From a virus (Duplodnaviria > Caudoviricetes): a stretch of DNA of 64,000 nucleotides. The first letter of the stretch is position 1. Each line of letters starts with the position of its first letter. The stretch is taken from IMG/VR virus record IMGVR_UViG_3300028394_000078, positions 1,549 to 65,548 of that record, one strand, 5' to 3'. The notes beneath the pieces were generated by a model. That model made no database searches and was not told the origin of the DNA. It saw nothing but the letters and a program-made list of their open reading frames with translations. Below are positions 50,001-56,706 of this stretch, in pieces. The position numbers and the translations under genes were made by a program.

Positions 50001-52855
50001 GTTGGACCTAATAAAAATTTCCCATTACTATAGTTCCAAGTAAATGGATCAGATTCATTATAAACATTATTTGTGGTTGCATCAATATTATATTGTCCTG
50101 TCCATTTAATAAAATCTTTTGTTAAAATACTATTAACTTCAGATAAAGAATATTTGTTTGTTCTAAATACTCCAGGCATAGATGATATGATATCAAATAT
50201 TTTGGAATTATAATTTACTTTTATATTGTTAAAAATACGTTTTTCATACTCAAGAATAATAGCATCTCTATAATCACCATATGCCAAAATTTTACTACCG
50301 TCATGACCTTGAATAATATCTACAGGGTATGTATAACTTGTATCCGAATTAATTCCTGGGTTATATTTTGGATATAATCCTAATTTAGTAGGGCTGGGTG
50401 GAATAAATGACCCGTATGTATCTAAATAATATTGAATAGTTACTACATCATTTATAGAAAAGGGTGCATGAATTATTACTCTTCCGTCAATTTTGTTAAA
50501 ATAATAATCTATATTTGATAATAATTGAATTCCATTAAGGTAAACTAACACCGATTTAGAACTTAATTCTAATAAATCAAAATCAACACCAATAGGAAAT
50601 ATATTGTTTATACTAGTAACTTTATATGTTCTTGTAATTTTGTTAGGCCCATAACCTAGCATATCGGATCTATAGTACAAAGAACGAGTGTCCTTATTAG
50701 AATTAATTTGTTTTAAAACTAAATCTAATGCATCGCTAGGTGACAACTTGTTATCAACAGTATTAAGAATATTTAAAAAATTTATTTTAAATTGATCGTA
50801 TTGATCTGCAGAATATCTAATAGCATCGACTACATTATGTTCTTTTTTACCAAGAAATATTTTTGTAAAAGCAATAGGATTAGCGTTTATAATTAATCTA
50901 GTTCCATACTTTACATAATCATCTAAATCTCGAAGATTACTTGAACCTGGAAAATTACCATCAAACTCTTCAACTCGGTCAATCATGGTTAAGAGGTGAT
51001 CACTTAATTCACTTAAAGTTAATTCAGTAATAGGTCCATTTAAAGGATTATTGGTTAACCCTAATGGTGTTTTATAAAATCCATTTAAATTAGGAACACC
51101 GTTTGGAGAAATAATTTCTAAAGATATTACATCATTTTTATTAACAATGGTAGAAGTATTAATATTAATTGTTATGCCGTCTAAATCTAAAGTTGATTTT
51201 ACTAAATTACCATTTACATAAGAAATTACAGAAGTAGCAGATGTGGTAATTGATTTAATTTTTAATACATTTGTTGCTGTTGCCATATTTTGAATTTCAA
51301 TAATAGGTACTTGATACCCAACTGTTGATTTCCAAATATTCAAAAGAACATCATTTATTTTAAAACGTGTAACTCCTGAAGTAATTTTTTGAGTTACATT
51401 ATTACTATCAGTTATTATAATAACATCAGACATGAAGTAATTTTTAAATACATAACTGCCTACTCCAATACTAGTTTTGTATTTTATAGGAAATCCTAAA
51501 ACAGTATCGTAGACGGTCCCTATTTCGTATCCAAAAATCTTATTTCCTACAAAATTAGAATTATATTCAGAATAACTTGTTAGATTTATACTATTGTCAT
51601 AAAGGTCAAACAACGGTGCTTGATTTATAGTTGTATGCTGTTGTGATTTAACCCATTGTGTTATAGAAGTAGTTCCTATAATTTTAGTTGCATAATGCCA
51701 ACTAGTTCCTTGATTTGTTTTACCGTAATTCACAGCAACTGAATCACCAATTTCAGGAACATGGTCTTCTATTAATCTAAGTGTAGGAGGATTTGTGGTG
51801 GTGTCAAAATGTACCTTATAGATTTTTTCTGGATCATAAGCATTGAAAATTATTCTAAAACCTTCTTCTAATAAAGTTTCATCACTATAATACCCAATAG
51901 TGCCATCTATCTGCGTAAAGGGATCAACTGTATCGGTATCAATTATATCTATATTTGGAATTCCATTACTACCAAAATTATAAAGTTGAATATTTGGTTT
52001 AAACTCAATAATTGGTCTTTTAGCCCTAGAATCAAATGGATATACTATTGGCTGGTTGTTTATTTCAGCAGTTATTCGAATAATATCTTCATGAAACCAT
52101 CTATTATAACGAGACCACGGATTTAAATCTGAACTGGCTTTATTAATTGTAACATACTCAGAAATCAAAGGTAATCTATTATCACTATCAAAGGAATAAG
52201 TATCAAATAAAGTATTACCAAATGTTTCATTATAAACTTGAGCAATATTTTCATGTACTTCTAATAATTTAATATTAATTAATTTTATAATTTTTCCAAC
52301 ACCTTCAACATAATATTCTTTATTATTAGAAAGTTTTACTTTCATACCATTACTTAAAAAATAACCGTTTTCCATTAGATAATTAGAACTACCTTCTATA
52401 TTAGAAATAACGTCATCTATTAATATAGAATCAGGTCCATTAGGTAACCAATAATATTTACTATAGTTTACTAACTTATCCCAGTCTATAGGAGGATTGT
52501 ATGAATAGAACGTTGACCTAAATAGTCTGTCAAGATTGTCAGTTTTTCCACCTTGTAAATTAATTTCATTAATGATGTCATCAAATCCTACTATATCTGT
52601 TATATTAGAAGATTCATCTTTAAAAACTAATGCCGGTTCTAAAGGATATTCTTTTCTAAGTGGCAATTCTTCTTTAAGATAATGATCAGTTAAGAGATTA
52701 AAATTAGGAGTAATTAGAGACCCAACAAAACCATCAATACGCTCAAGTTGAGGAGATTGTATTAATGGATCTATAGTAGCCGATAAAAATTTTGAATTTT
52801 TATCGGTCTTTAAATATTCAGGAAGTAGTTTAACTGATTTTTTGATATCTGACAT
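38087..52855 (-). CDS. giant 4922-aa baseplate wedge/tail structural protein
   Basis: Follows the gp6-like gene; contains beta-propeller-like repeats (FGxS), GSGY..PTV repeats and KPYHT. Confidence 0.75.
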   Translation of the reverse strand: MSDIKKSVKLLPEYLKTDKNSKFLSATIDPLIQSPQLERIDGFVGSLITPNFNLLTDHYLKEELPLRKEYPLEPALVFKDESSNITDIVGFDDIINEINLQGGKTDNLDRLFRSTFYSYNPPIDWDKLVNYSKYYWLPNGPDSILIDDVISNIEGSSNYLMENGYFLSNGMKVKLSNNKEYYVEGVGKIIKLINIKLLEVHENIAQVYNETFGNTLFDTYSFDSDNRLPLISEYVTINKASSDLNPWSRYNRWFHEDIIRITAEINNQPIVYPFDSRAKRPIIEFKPNIQLYNFGSNGIPNIDIIDTDTVDPFTQIDGTIGYYSDETLLEEGFRIIFNAYDPEKIYKVHFDTTTNPPTLRLIEDHVPEIGDSVAVNYGKTNQGTSWHYATKIIGTTSITQWVKSQQHTTINQAPLFDLYDNSINLTSYSEYNSNFVGNKIFGYEIGTVYDTVLGFPIKYKTSIGVGSYVFKNYFMSDVIIITDSNNVTQKITSGVTRFKINDVLLNIWKSTVGYQVPIIEIQNMATATNVLKIKSITTSATSVISYVNGNLVKSTLDLDGITININTSTIVNKNDVISLEIISPNGVPNLNGFYKTPLGLTNNPLNGPITELTLSELSDHLLTMIDRVEEFDGNFPGSSNLRDLDDYVKYGTRLIINANPIAFTKIFLGKKEHNVVDAIRYSADQYDQFKINFLNILNTVDNKLSPSDALDLVLKQINSNKDTRSLYYRSDMLGYGPNKITRTYKVTSINNIFPIGVDFDLLELSSKSVLVYLNGIQLLSNIDYYFNKIDGRVIIHAPFSINDVVTIQYYLDTYGSFIPPSPTKLGLYPKYNPGINSDTSYTYPVDIIQGHDGSKILAYGDYRDAIILEYEKRIFNNIKVNYNSKIFDIISSMPGVFRTNKYSLSEVNSILTKDFIKWTGQYNIDATTNNVYNESDPFTWNYSNGKFLLGPTPGYWRGIYKYFYDTDRPHTHPWEMLGHTSKPMWWDTYYNWIDYPKRVELIAAITNGIIDELGTINSNYARPAFGAINPVDLDGNLVPPNTFLSNTLSIADKSANWKFGDHGPAETAWRHSSYWPFALNAINALLDPCSYISAMFDTSRISFNLLNQLTYTTDDLYLNPNKLLLDNENVKTSGFSVYVIEKGKHKNLNYVASLKQDLTYINFNLFHKLGGFASKDKLQIIIDSVDPVSQAQGAILPPEDYSLILNVSNPIKSSRISGVIVQRSNGNFIVKGYDTTNPYFEIFKPIKNSASGAITVGGKSESFTEWTGAVNNGNSGLSAIDITSTNANTTHYYRQGQVVRYNGKFYIVKVGHNTQSTFDPILFQALPLLPMVGGATAQLSSKFENNVTVIPYGTSYSTIQDVYDLLVGYGAYLESQGFIFDEYNSDLNDVVNWKFTAKEFLYWTTQNWADGNLITLSPFADYLKYSYINSVVDNIGIGDYDFSILKADGKTFPIDKFQLSRENGICTINTIDTLEGMFFATLNSVQKEHGMVFNNSTIFNDIIYDIETGYRQRRIKLSGFRTSNWNGDLYSPGFVYDNVLITDWLAYNNYLPGKVVRFNGSYYESIVKIVGDSTFEFSKWAKLDNKPVSNLLPNFDYKINQFEDFYSLDIDNFDAVQQSLAQHLIGYTPRTYLNNIFTNSISQYKFYQGYIKEKGTKNAIDKLSKVGRYTRQGNILFNEDWAFRVGDYGSFSTYNELEFNINESTFLENPYIVKFAEKPIDANPLINYVPFSDLLLTPDNYSSSNTFPSIPSTFSDNNLVLTTAGYVRGDDVTATAYNKNSLLDIANNSILQEGNTIWMGFLENGDWGISRYSKQPAKIAGVYVSSPATNITFTTDINHNLAIGDIVSIVRFNNQVNGIHIITDIPRLDQFTVASELTTIVNAELLSYGGLFKFENARYNNIQEVANSPNILNLKENEKIWIDEGVGGKWQVYQKIKNYSTGTQYNSPNYYSEYTDIYLGQSIYTSDNTDILMVSGPGWLPAHRAGKGAVWIYKKHKSTGELEQKFEYGLDLASGNGWTYAQTGVNSDFGYSLAYDKLKNLYFTGAPAASNVVIKNSDVGATGRVILGTQTDAGSTIKTFSSEGVLRISSIDSLFTKETDVVVIVNPFSNTSSNASNARFGHSIYINNTTATTSTTLLVSAPGNSSTSTTGNVYAYQITRENYYKATRADVIYALAANLSAPVYYGEITIINWMTEGLSQFSNLIYEYRAANPLEAAYWDEQRAADGAGIVNSRAEVIAAYQNNPVAQLYPVDADIRYWMINGLGPNNSIFNLTVIENNLANPSQAIANRAERTAVASIKPSIVVSAYPTGIKLNSHVSLTPSSQFGHKISGNSTGTVIAISAPYHIVSAGKTVGVVQIFDKNLSWVQTLTSPFGTSTAFGNDVVVSSDGLYIFVSSMDSKVAGEPFGKVAVYKKYGTQFILSQIIKNPTHRNNLKFGYSISISGNGKTLAISALGTNNSKLIKFDINSKIGETLFDGGITQFTEPLLDAGTIYSYNNINEYFVLAEEIFSPSVVEGSKYGASVAVTNNGIYAGAPTYTIISEDASSFYHFYKIDPTVNSLKLLREQPDLVNISTIDRIALIDSFKEELVEYLDVFDPLKGKIPGIAEEELKYKSAFDPATYTIGLAASIIDASTSWIDDHTGELWWDLSTVKYVWYEQGDDIFRKNNWGKLFPGSTIDVYEWVRSDLLPSEWAAQADTNDGLTKGISGQPKYPDNSIVSVKQIFNNVTNSFENIYFFWVKNKVTVPNVKNRRISSYQISRTIADPTANGLKFAEILSSDSVAFANVQPMLVSDRINANIVIDSISNTIPRHTEWLLLAEGDPYNMPTELLEKKLIDSLLGHDLLGNPVPAINSTYRNRYGISIRPQQTMFKDRKKALRNIVEFANSVLIKNKITNYYSFDNLNKKDEIEDVILREYDFKVEDRTALESIEYSSTVKYSQATLECYVINGKITTVNIISPGYGYTNPPKVTVVSDTSGAEILTNIDDDGQIISVIILNPGNGFETAPELVVRPHTVIVKIDEKYNNIWTKHQYDYKLSKLDQNPTWIMIKNQIYNTPLYWKYVDWVSNNYNSFKEYDYVISHLYDLSTLNNIIPGNYVKIQDSGIVLERTLGSGNFVENYDIVFSTNGTIQILDTTWNYSTLNYAYDEDTLEGTLYDQIPDLEIYYILKALKNDIFINDLKINWNLLFFTAVKYALTEQKLLDWAFKTSFINVTNVIGTFDQRSVYKLSDEKYFEDYIKEVKPYHTQLRKYTSKYSYLEDTALGKLNATDFDLPSYYNTVTNLFDVVRLSNPLINQLPWKDWADNYTSEIGSIVVTKKGKLYTIPPTVTILGGGPYVTSTATADAYISNGGVYQIIVTNGGSGYTETPTVIISGGGPYVTSTATVVGKLLNSKIRKNTIGIKFDRVNYNSEIGETKVSDTFICSGSDDKFVLTWLAETNKLNILPTLDGKLILSSDYTIRYYTEKYNGYSKKYSEFRFLNYIPLENQVFKISYNKNIELYTALDRIKKIHTSTDKLSSLMTGLEYSGSIIQGLPFEYSVPWDTVEGYGKFDIDNSRWSELINYYASAKIVSTASAGSVVLFLNTTTGIMPGQVINILNSSTIRIRPDTTVIDVNTESRAITISRPVFNIQYAHSTATTIGSKITVRTMTPFNIGGLIAGDQIVITGITSPGYNENYIVYQVLDSNNFVIKAKTSLSTTTAVITLSSLVNVNTLLTSINSTSLLLDKFSQTYDKPTSSALVINLHIKYNDISKISIFNDGLTTPMLTGIPVTGPYPGAEYYQMTKDSNGMAIVSFYQLTNPSYYFDFFVYGYPAIEFWKPETLVSGLDTSIPGGSWDNQNNFLNGQGSTFISNSILSTATSNIIDGNAFLNPDFEYAPEELVKGHVLDNLGINVYTKDENSYANVLSGTFPIVQGEITTATLISVPGTYDGLMVYYNGSQLSRLTDAEVERGLHYINQPAVAAGPIGFNPGLIIPDPTNRYAEAEDDIPYPGFFALGFDLVSYGTVYDRIFLGNNGYITLGNQTQGGPSMDWKNRSIGSLTYLDVFTTPANPTYQPVAAIYVHYTDLWSNYGITDRATNTWITPLSTGEIPGQWVSTGTIGTFNYLRVRFQGTHFSRKEDTPTVPAIEYEVVVYSNGTDQYIEMIYENTWRGNDPYGAGFTAGIAGNHSSAYVQVDWKNIEDFSSHLYHSKSTNGGQWVYLGPGKFDHTRRNPFYGFTFPRQYYMEGNIIHVAPQQYPGRAGYTMLTVGGDRSVIDSNMVVVTNSSTCIVESVASIDDVRKAYVTVGGSPINEITNTSDYGYMLTYVGEKNKRACVKVYGLDPMWTHTVEAWFFESNYTNFNNMHESVFEIAPTYLNVNITLDVPLSSNEPVSNQLIVTQTSIGQDGNVFVYRLDPPKASYYIVKNNQLTFEINNEEGYPQNYFKTDEIRVYANGIKLRPGFDYTLDLIYSQVTIMDGLLTDGDVVAIENLKFAAYIVTGNNVYMKTSFLGGATVRIISFGNADKNLMVRTETFSTYNIYNTYKLLYPLLSDNHIWISDLRRGIDYELLDDMQTIKFRYRYDSGGLLITTFNPTVTSPHILGYRIFNDMFDRNHFNRLSSFYTTRLDQPLHYNDTEIHVTDSSNLVPGNPLTNKPGVIIIDAERIEFFIKDGNTLRQLRRGTLGTSIPSISHAGTTVIDQSPLQDIPTSPYVKAKLVRPVYTTSTEIYLDDAGKIMPPDQSTGIPGVVLINGKRIEFGAKNGNILTHVTTASGRYSSTIIGVSGDIVTDQVIQPWASSYKEMTFIQTTSTTSSTYIINTLTNGITGAGIILNPNIPAADQVTVYYGGRQLRKSDLVVHDKTKSYDPMPNSITMLPPEFSINTSTQLLTLNILENTEINTRLTIVQKCGYIWTSTESLLTSPVIQAEFLREKEAELPGKYYYGE

Positions 52856-52856
52856 T

Positions 52857-55800
52857 TTAAGATCCGCTGATTGTTACAATTGAAGAAGATTTTAATTGTG
52901 ATGCAGTAATAGCATCAATTATTTCTATATCAGTGATGTTTGCACTACTAATAAATATCTCATTCGATAAACAAGTAAGTTCATATAAACTTCCAAAACT
53001 ATTGTTATCTGTAATTGGCACTATAACAAAATTGGTAATATCAGGTGTAAGTAAATTCATAATATAAGTTGACAACTCTCCAAAATGGAATGATTGTCCA
53101 AAGTCCCAATTTTCTAAAGCAAAAAAATCATTTATGCCTGACAAAATTCTTGTTTTTAAATCATTATCAGTAGTTATTATATTTGGATTCTTAACTGCTT
53201 TAAACTTTGCCTGAAGGTTAATATTTGCATATGATCCAAATAATATTTTATACTCTACAGGGTGAAATACTATTTCATCACTTATCGACTTAATAGGCGA
53301 TAATGCCGAAATATAATTTTGTTCTAAACTTTGACTTGTAGGAGGCAAAGGTTTAATAGTGGAGTTTCCTAGCAACCAATTTCTTACATCATTATCATAA
53401 GATGTTGTTAACATATAAATGTCTATAATATTTGATTTACTAGGATCAATTCTTCTTTCTTCCCCGCTATTATGTTCATAGTGAAATTTAATATTCGAAA
53501 GTCCATGTCTACCAAAATATTGATTTGTATATATAAACTTTTGATACGGGTCGGACCAATATTTAATAACATTCAAGGACGGGGAATAAAAATAAAATAA
53601 CTGACCATCTTTTTTATATTCTGCCTCTACAGCATTTTCAGTTGGGTACGGAAGTATATCATCTGATGTCAATGCAAAACGTGTACTAGAATTTATTTGT
53701 TTAAAATAAACAAATTGATCTCCTACAATATTATTAAAAGCATCGGGATTTGCAATATTTCCTGTATTTGTACTATCATAAACACTGACTTTAACTTTTT
53801 GAGGATCTACATATCCATCAATTTCAACAATTGAATCGTCAATTTGCCAACTATAATCAATTGTACTTGTTGAATTAATAGAAAGAACAGTAATTTTATC
53901 TTTGATTACAGAATTAGTTGTATAGTCAAAATTTACAGAAGATATATCGTTAAAAAATGCTGTCTCTTTATTACTTTCAAAAATAAAATCTAATATCCTA
54001 TATCTTACTTTATATTTTTTACCAGTCCACGTAAAAGAAATTAGCCAACTTGCATCTAATCCCAAATCTTCTCCATTATTTTGATTTAATAAACTAAAAG
54101 AGTTTATTAAATCTAAATTAGAATTAACAATAATACTCCACTCTCTAGATGAGGAATCAATTGTTAATCCAAAATTTCGCTGTGTCATGCATAAATTTGC
54201 AATTTCACTTTCAATAGAATAATTTAAAATACTATTAAATTTATATATAACTTTTTGAGGTATACATCCTTGCGGAACAATAGTAGAAAAAATTATTGGT
54301 CCAGTTCCATCACTTAATTTGCCTTGGCCATAATTAGACCCATCGCCTATTACTTGTTTTATTGTAGACCAAATATACGGATTTCCGTTTGTAGGAATAA
54401 TACCATTAGACGGAATTGTTTTTAATAAATTATTTTGATCAAAATACTTATTAGTTGGAGGTAAAAATTTAATTATTGATCCAGGTACAATATATTGTAG
54501 ATAAGTTGAAGATGCAGAACCTACTACTACAGGAATAGTAGAACTGCTAAAATATCCACGGCTTTCTTTAGGAGTTGTGTTAACATTATTCCATATTAAT
54601 GATGGTATATATGTTAAATCAAAACTATTATATTTGTCAAGATAAAATGATCTTATACTAGTAGATGCAACTACCGGACTTAATTTATTTTTAATTGCTG
54701 ATAATACTTGATTTCTGCTAGTAAACTCAAATTCAAATATATTTTCTTTTTCTTCTTTGTATAAAATACCATCGGTAGCAAATATATTTGTTTTGCTATA
54801 TTTTCCACTAACATCCGATAAATCAAAATATTTACTAAGGCCACTAGAAACTCTATTAATACTTTTAACTTTGAGAATATTTGAACCAGCAGTCAATGGA
54901 GCAATATTATAATCCTCTCCTGTAATCATCCTATTTTGAATATAATAAGACTGAGGAGCTTTAGATCTAATACTTGCGTTAGATTCTGGTCCGGCGCTAT
55001 TAGTAACAGTATACTGTAAACTTAATACTAGTTGTAAAGAATGATTTTGACCTAACGCATTTACATAAGGAACTGTAATTACTATTCCCGACATTTGTTC
55101 TGATTTTATACTGTAGTTTAAACCATTGCTTTGTCTATAAAATAATCTAAAATCTCCTTTAGGAAGATCTCCAAAAATTCCATCGGCAAAATTTAAATCT
55201 ATTTGATCTCGATCTCGAGTGCTTATGGCATATATAGATCTTAAATCTTTATTAAGACTATTATATATTACATTATTTCCCACCAATGACGGGACCGGAG
55301 TCCATAATGTAGAAAAATTTCCATTTTTATCTAATTGCCATAACCATGTATCTGTGTTATTAATATCAGGTGTGTTTATTCCTATAATTTCATTGGGTAC
55401 AGGATTATCAATATTAAATCTAGAAACACTTAAACTACCTTGTTTAAATTGTGTAAAAAATCCAGTGTTAGAACTACCACTACCTTGATTGTCATTTTTA
55501 TAAATTAAACCAAATGCATTTCTAGGAGCAGGGGCTTCTTCATACACATAGTCTTTTCCACTAAATGTAGAAGACACAATTTCAAAATTCATCGAAGTTC
55601 CGTTAATATTTTTGGAAAAATTAAAAATTGGAACATCGGTATTTGAACTATTAATTCTATATTGATCTGTTTCTATAGCATTAATTATATTTCGACTTGC
55701 AGGATTTCCAAAATTGCTAGACATAGATGAGTTCATTATATTAATAAACTGTTGATACCAATTTGGATTTGTAGGATCATTCCATCCTACTGTAGTATTG

Positions 55801-56210
55801 GCTAAATTTGATCCATTAGAGTCATAAACACTATCTGTTGTAGAAATTGCAGTGACTTTTAATAATCCGCTTGCAGGAACGTTCCTTGCAGGATTATAAC
55901 TGATTAATTGTGCAAGACGTAATATACTATCTCTACGTTGTGCTGTTTCTAAAAAGTTTTCACGTGCATTTAAGTCAATACGAAAACTTAAATTTTGTCC
56001 AAGGTAAGCAATTACATCAATAAGAGCAATATATTCGCTACTATCAATATAATCATTAAATTCTTCAGGATATGTTTCCTGAAGATATGAAATCATTGTG
56101 CGGCGTAGTGTTTCAAAATCGTAACTTTTGAAGTCAGCATTTCTAAAAGATTGGTAAACTTTTTTCCAATCTTCTGCTACTAATAATTTTGTGTTAGTTG
56201 AGGGTATCAT
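52857..56210 (-). CDS. baseplate wedge protein (gp6-like)
   Basis: DFETLR...F.DY...LIDVIAY...ENFLETA.RR.SI...YNP; QNRMIT.EDY. Confidence 0.85.
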   Translation of the reverse strand: MIPSTNTKLLVAEDWKKVYQSFRNADFKSYDFETLRRTMISYLQETYPEEFNDYIDSSEYIALIDVIAYLGQNLSFRIDLNARENFLETAQRRDSILRLAQLISYNPARNVPASGLLKVTAISTTDSVYDSNGSNLANTTVGWNDPTNPNWYQQFINIMNSSMSSNFGNPASRNIINAIETDQYRINSSNTDVPIFNFSKNINGTSMNFEIVSSTFSGKDYVYEEAPAPRNAFGLIYKNDNQGSGSSNTGFFTQFKQGSLSVSRFNIDNPVPNEIIGINTPDINNTDTWLWQLDKNGNFSTLWTPVPSLVGNNVIYNSLNKDLRSIYAISTRDRDQIDLNFADGIFGDLPKGDFRLFYRQSNGLNYSIKSEQMSGIVITVPYVNALGQNHSLQLVLSLQYTVTNSAGPESNASIRSKAPQSYYIQNRMITGEDYNIAPLTAGSNILKVKSINRVSSGLSKYFDLSDVSGKYSKTNIFATDGILYKEEKENIFEFEFTSRNQVLSAIKNKLSPVVASTSIRSFYLDKYNSFDLTYIPSLIWNNVNTTPKESRGYFSSSTIPVVVGSASSTYLQYIVPGSIIKFLPPTNKYFDQNNLLKTIPSNGIIPTNGNPYIWSTIKQVIGDGSNYGQGKLSDGTGPIIFSTIVPQGCIPQKVIYKFNSILNYSIESEIANLCMTQRNFGLTIDSSSREWSIIVNSNLDLINSFSLLNQNNGEDLGLDASWLISFTWTGKKYKVRYRILDFIFESNKETAFFNDISSVNFDYTTNSVIKDKITVLSINSTSTIDYSWQIDDSIVEIDGYVDPQKVKVSVYDSTNTGNIANPDAFNNIVGDQFVYFKQINSSTRFALTSDDILPYPTENAVEAEYKKDGQLFYFYSPSLNVIKYWSDPYQKFIYTNQYFGRHGLSNIKFHYEHNSGEERRIDPSKSNIIDIYMLTTSYDNDVRNWLLGNSTIKPLPPTSQSLEQNYISALSPIKSISDEIVFHPVEYKILFGSYANINLQAKFKAVKNPNIITTDNDLKTRILSGINDFFALENWDFGQSFHFGELSTYIMNLLTPDITNFVIVPITDNNSFGSLYELTCLSNEIFISSANITDIEIIDAITASQLKSSSIVTISGS

Positions 56211-56252
56211 AATATTTTATACCGTATTTATTGTAATAATTAAGTGGGTATA

Positions 56253-56690
56253 TTATTGTACCCTTAATCCAATCTTTTGATCAAACACAAGTTTTAATAC
56301 GCTAGATTGATTAGTATTTTTCATAGCCAATATTATTTCAATTAGATATCCTTGAGGATATTCCGTGATATCAATTTTTAAAAGATATACTCTAGGATCA
56401 GAACTACAAATAGAATTAATATCTTGTATAAGTAGATCTTTAATTTGAGGAGTTATTGGTTCCATTAGTATATCCCAAACAATAGTTCCAAATTTAGGGT
56501 TCATTACTCGCTGTCCTTTGCGAGTATTAAATTGGTTGAGAATATTTTGTTTTATTAAATCAAAATCATATAATTTAGATCCTCTATTAATTGGATTAAC
56601 TGTGCTAAACCCTTTATAGTATTGGCTAAGTTTATCAGTGTGTTGATTACTGTAATTAGCAGGATTAATTTCAAGATTTTTGTAAGGCAT
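56253..56690 (-). CDS. baseplate wedge subunit (gp25-like)
   Basis: IKQNILN.FNTRKGQRVMNPKFGT...DPRV; start at 56690 with TAAATA at 56695-56700. Confidence 0.85.
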   Translation of the reverse strand: MPYKNLEINPANYSNQHTDKLSQYYKGFSTVNPINRGSKLYDFDLIKQNILNQFNTRKGQRVMNPKFGTIVWDILMEPITPQIKDLLIQDINSICSSDPRVYLLKIDITEYPQGYLIEIILAMKNTNQSSVLKLVFDQKIGLRVQ

Positions 56691-56706
56691 ATTATATTTA
56701 TTACCC

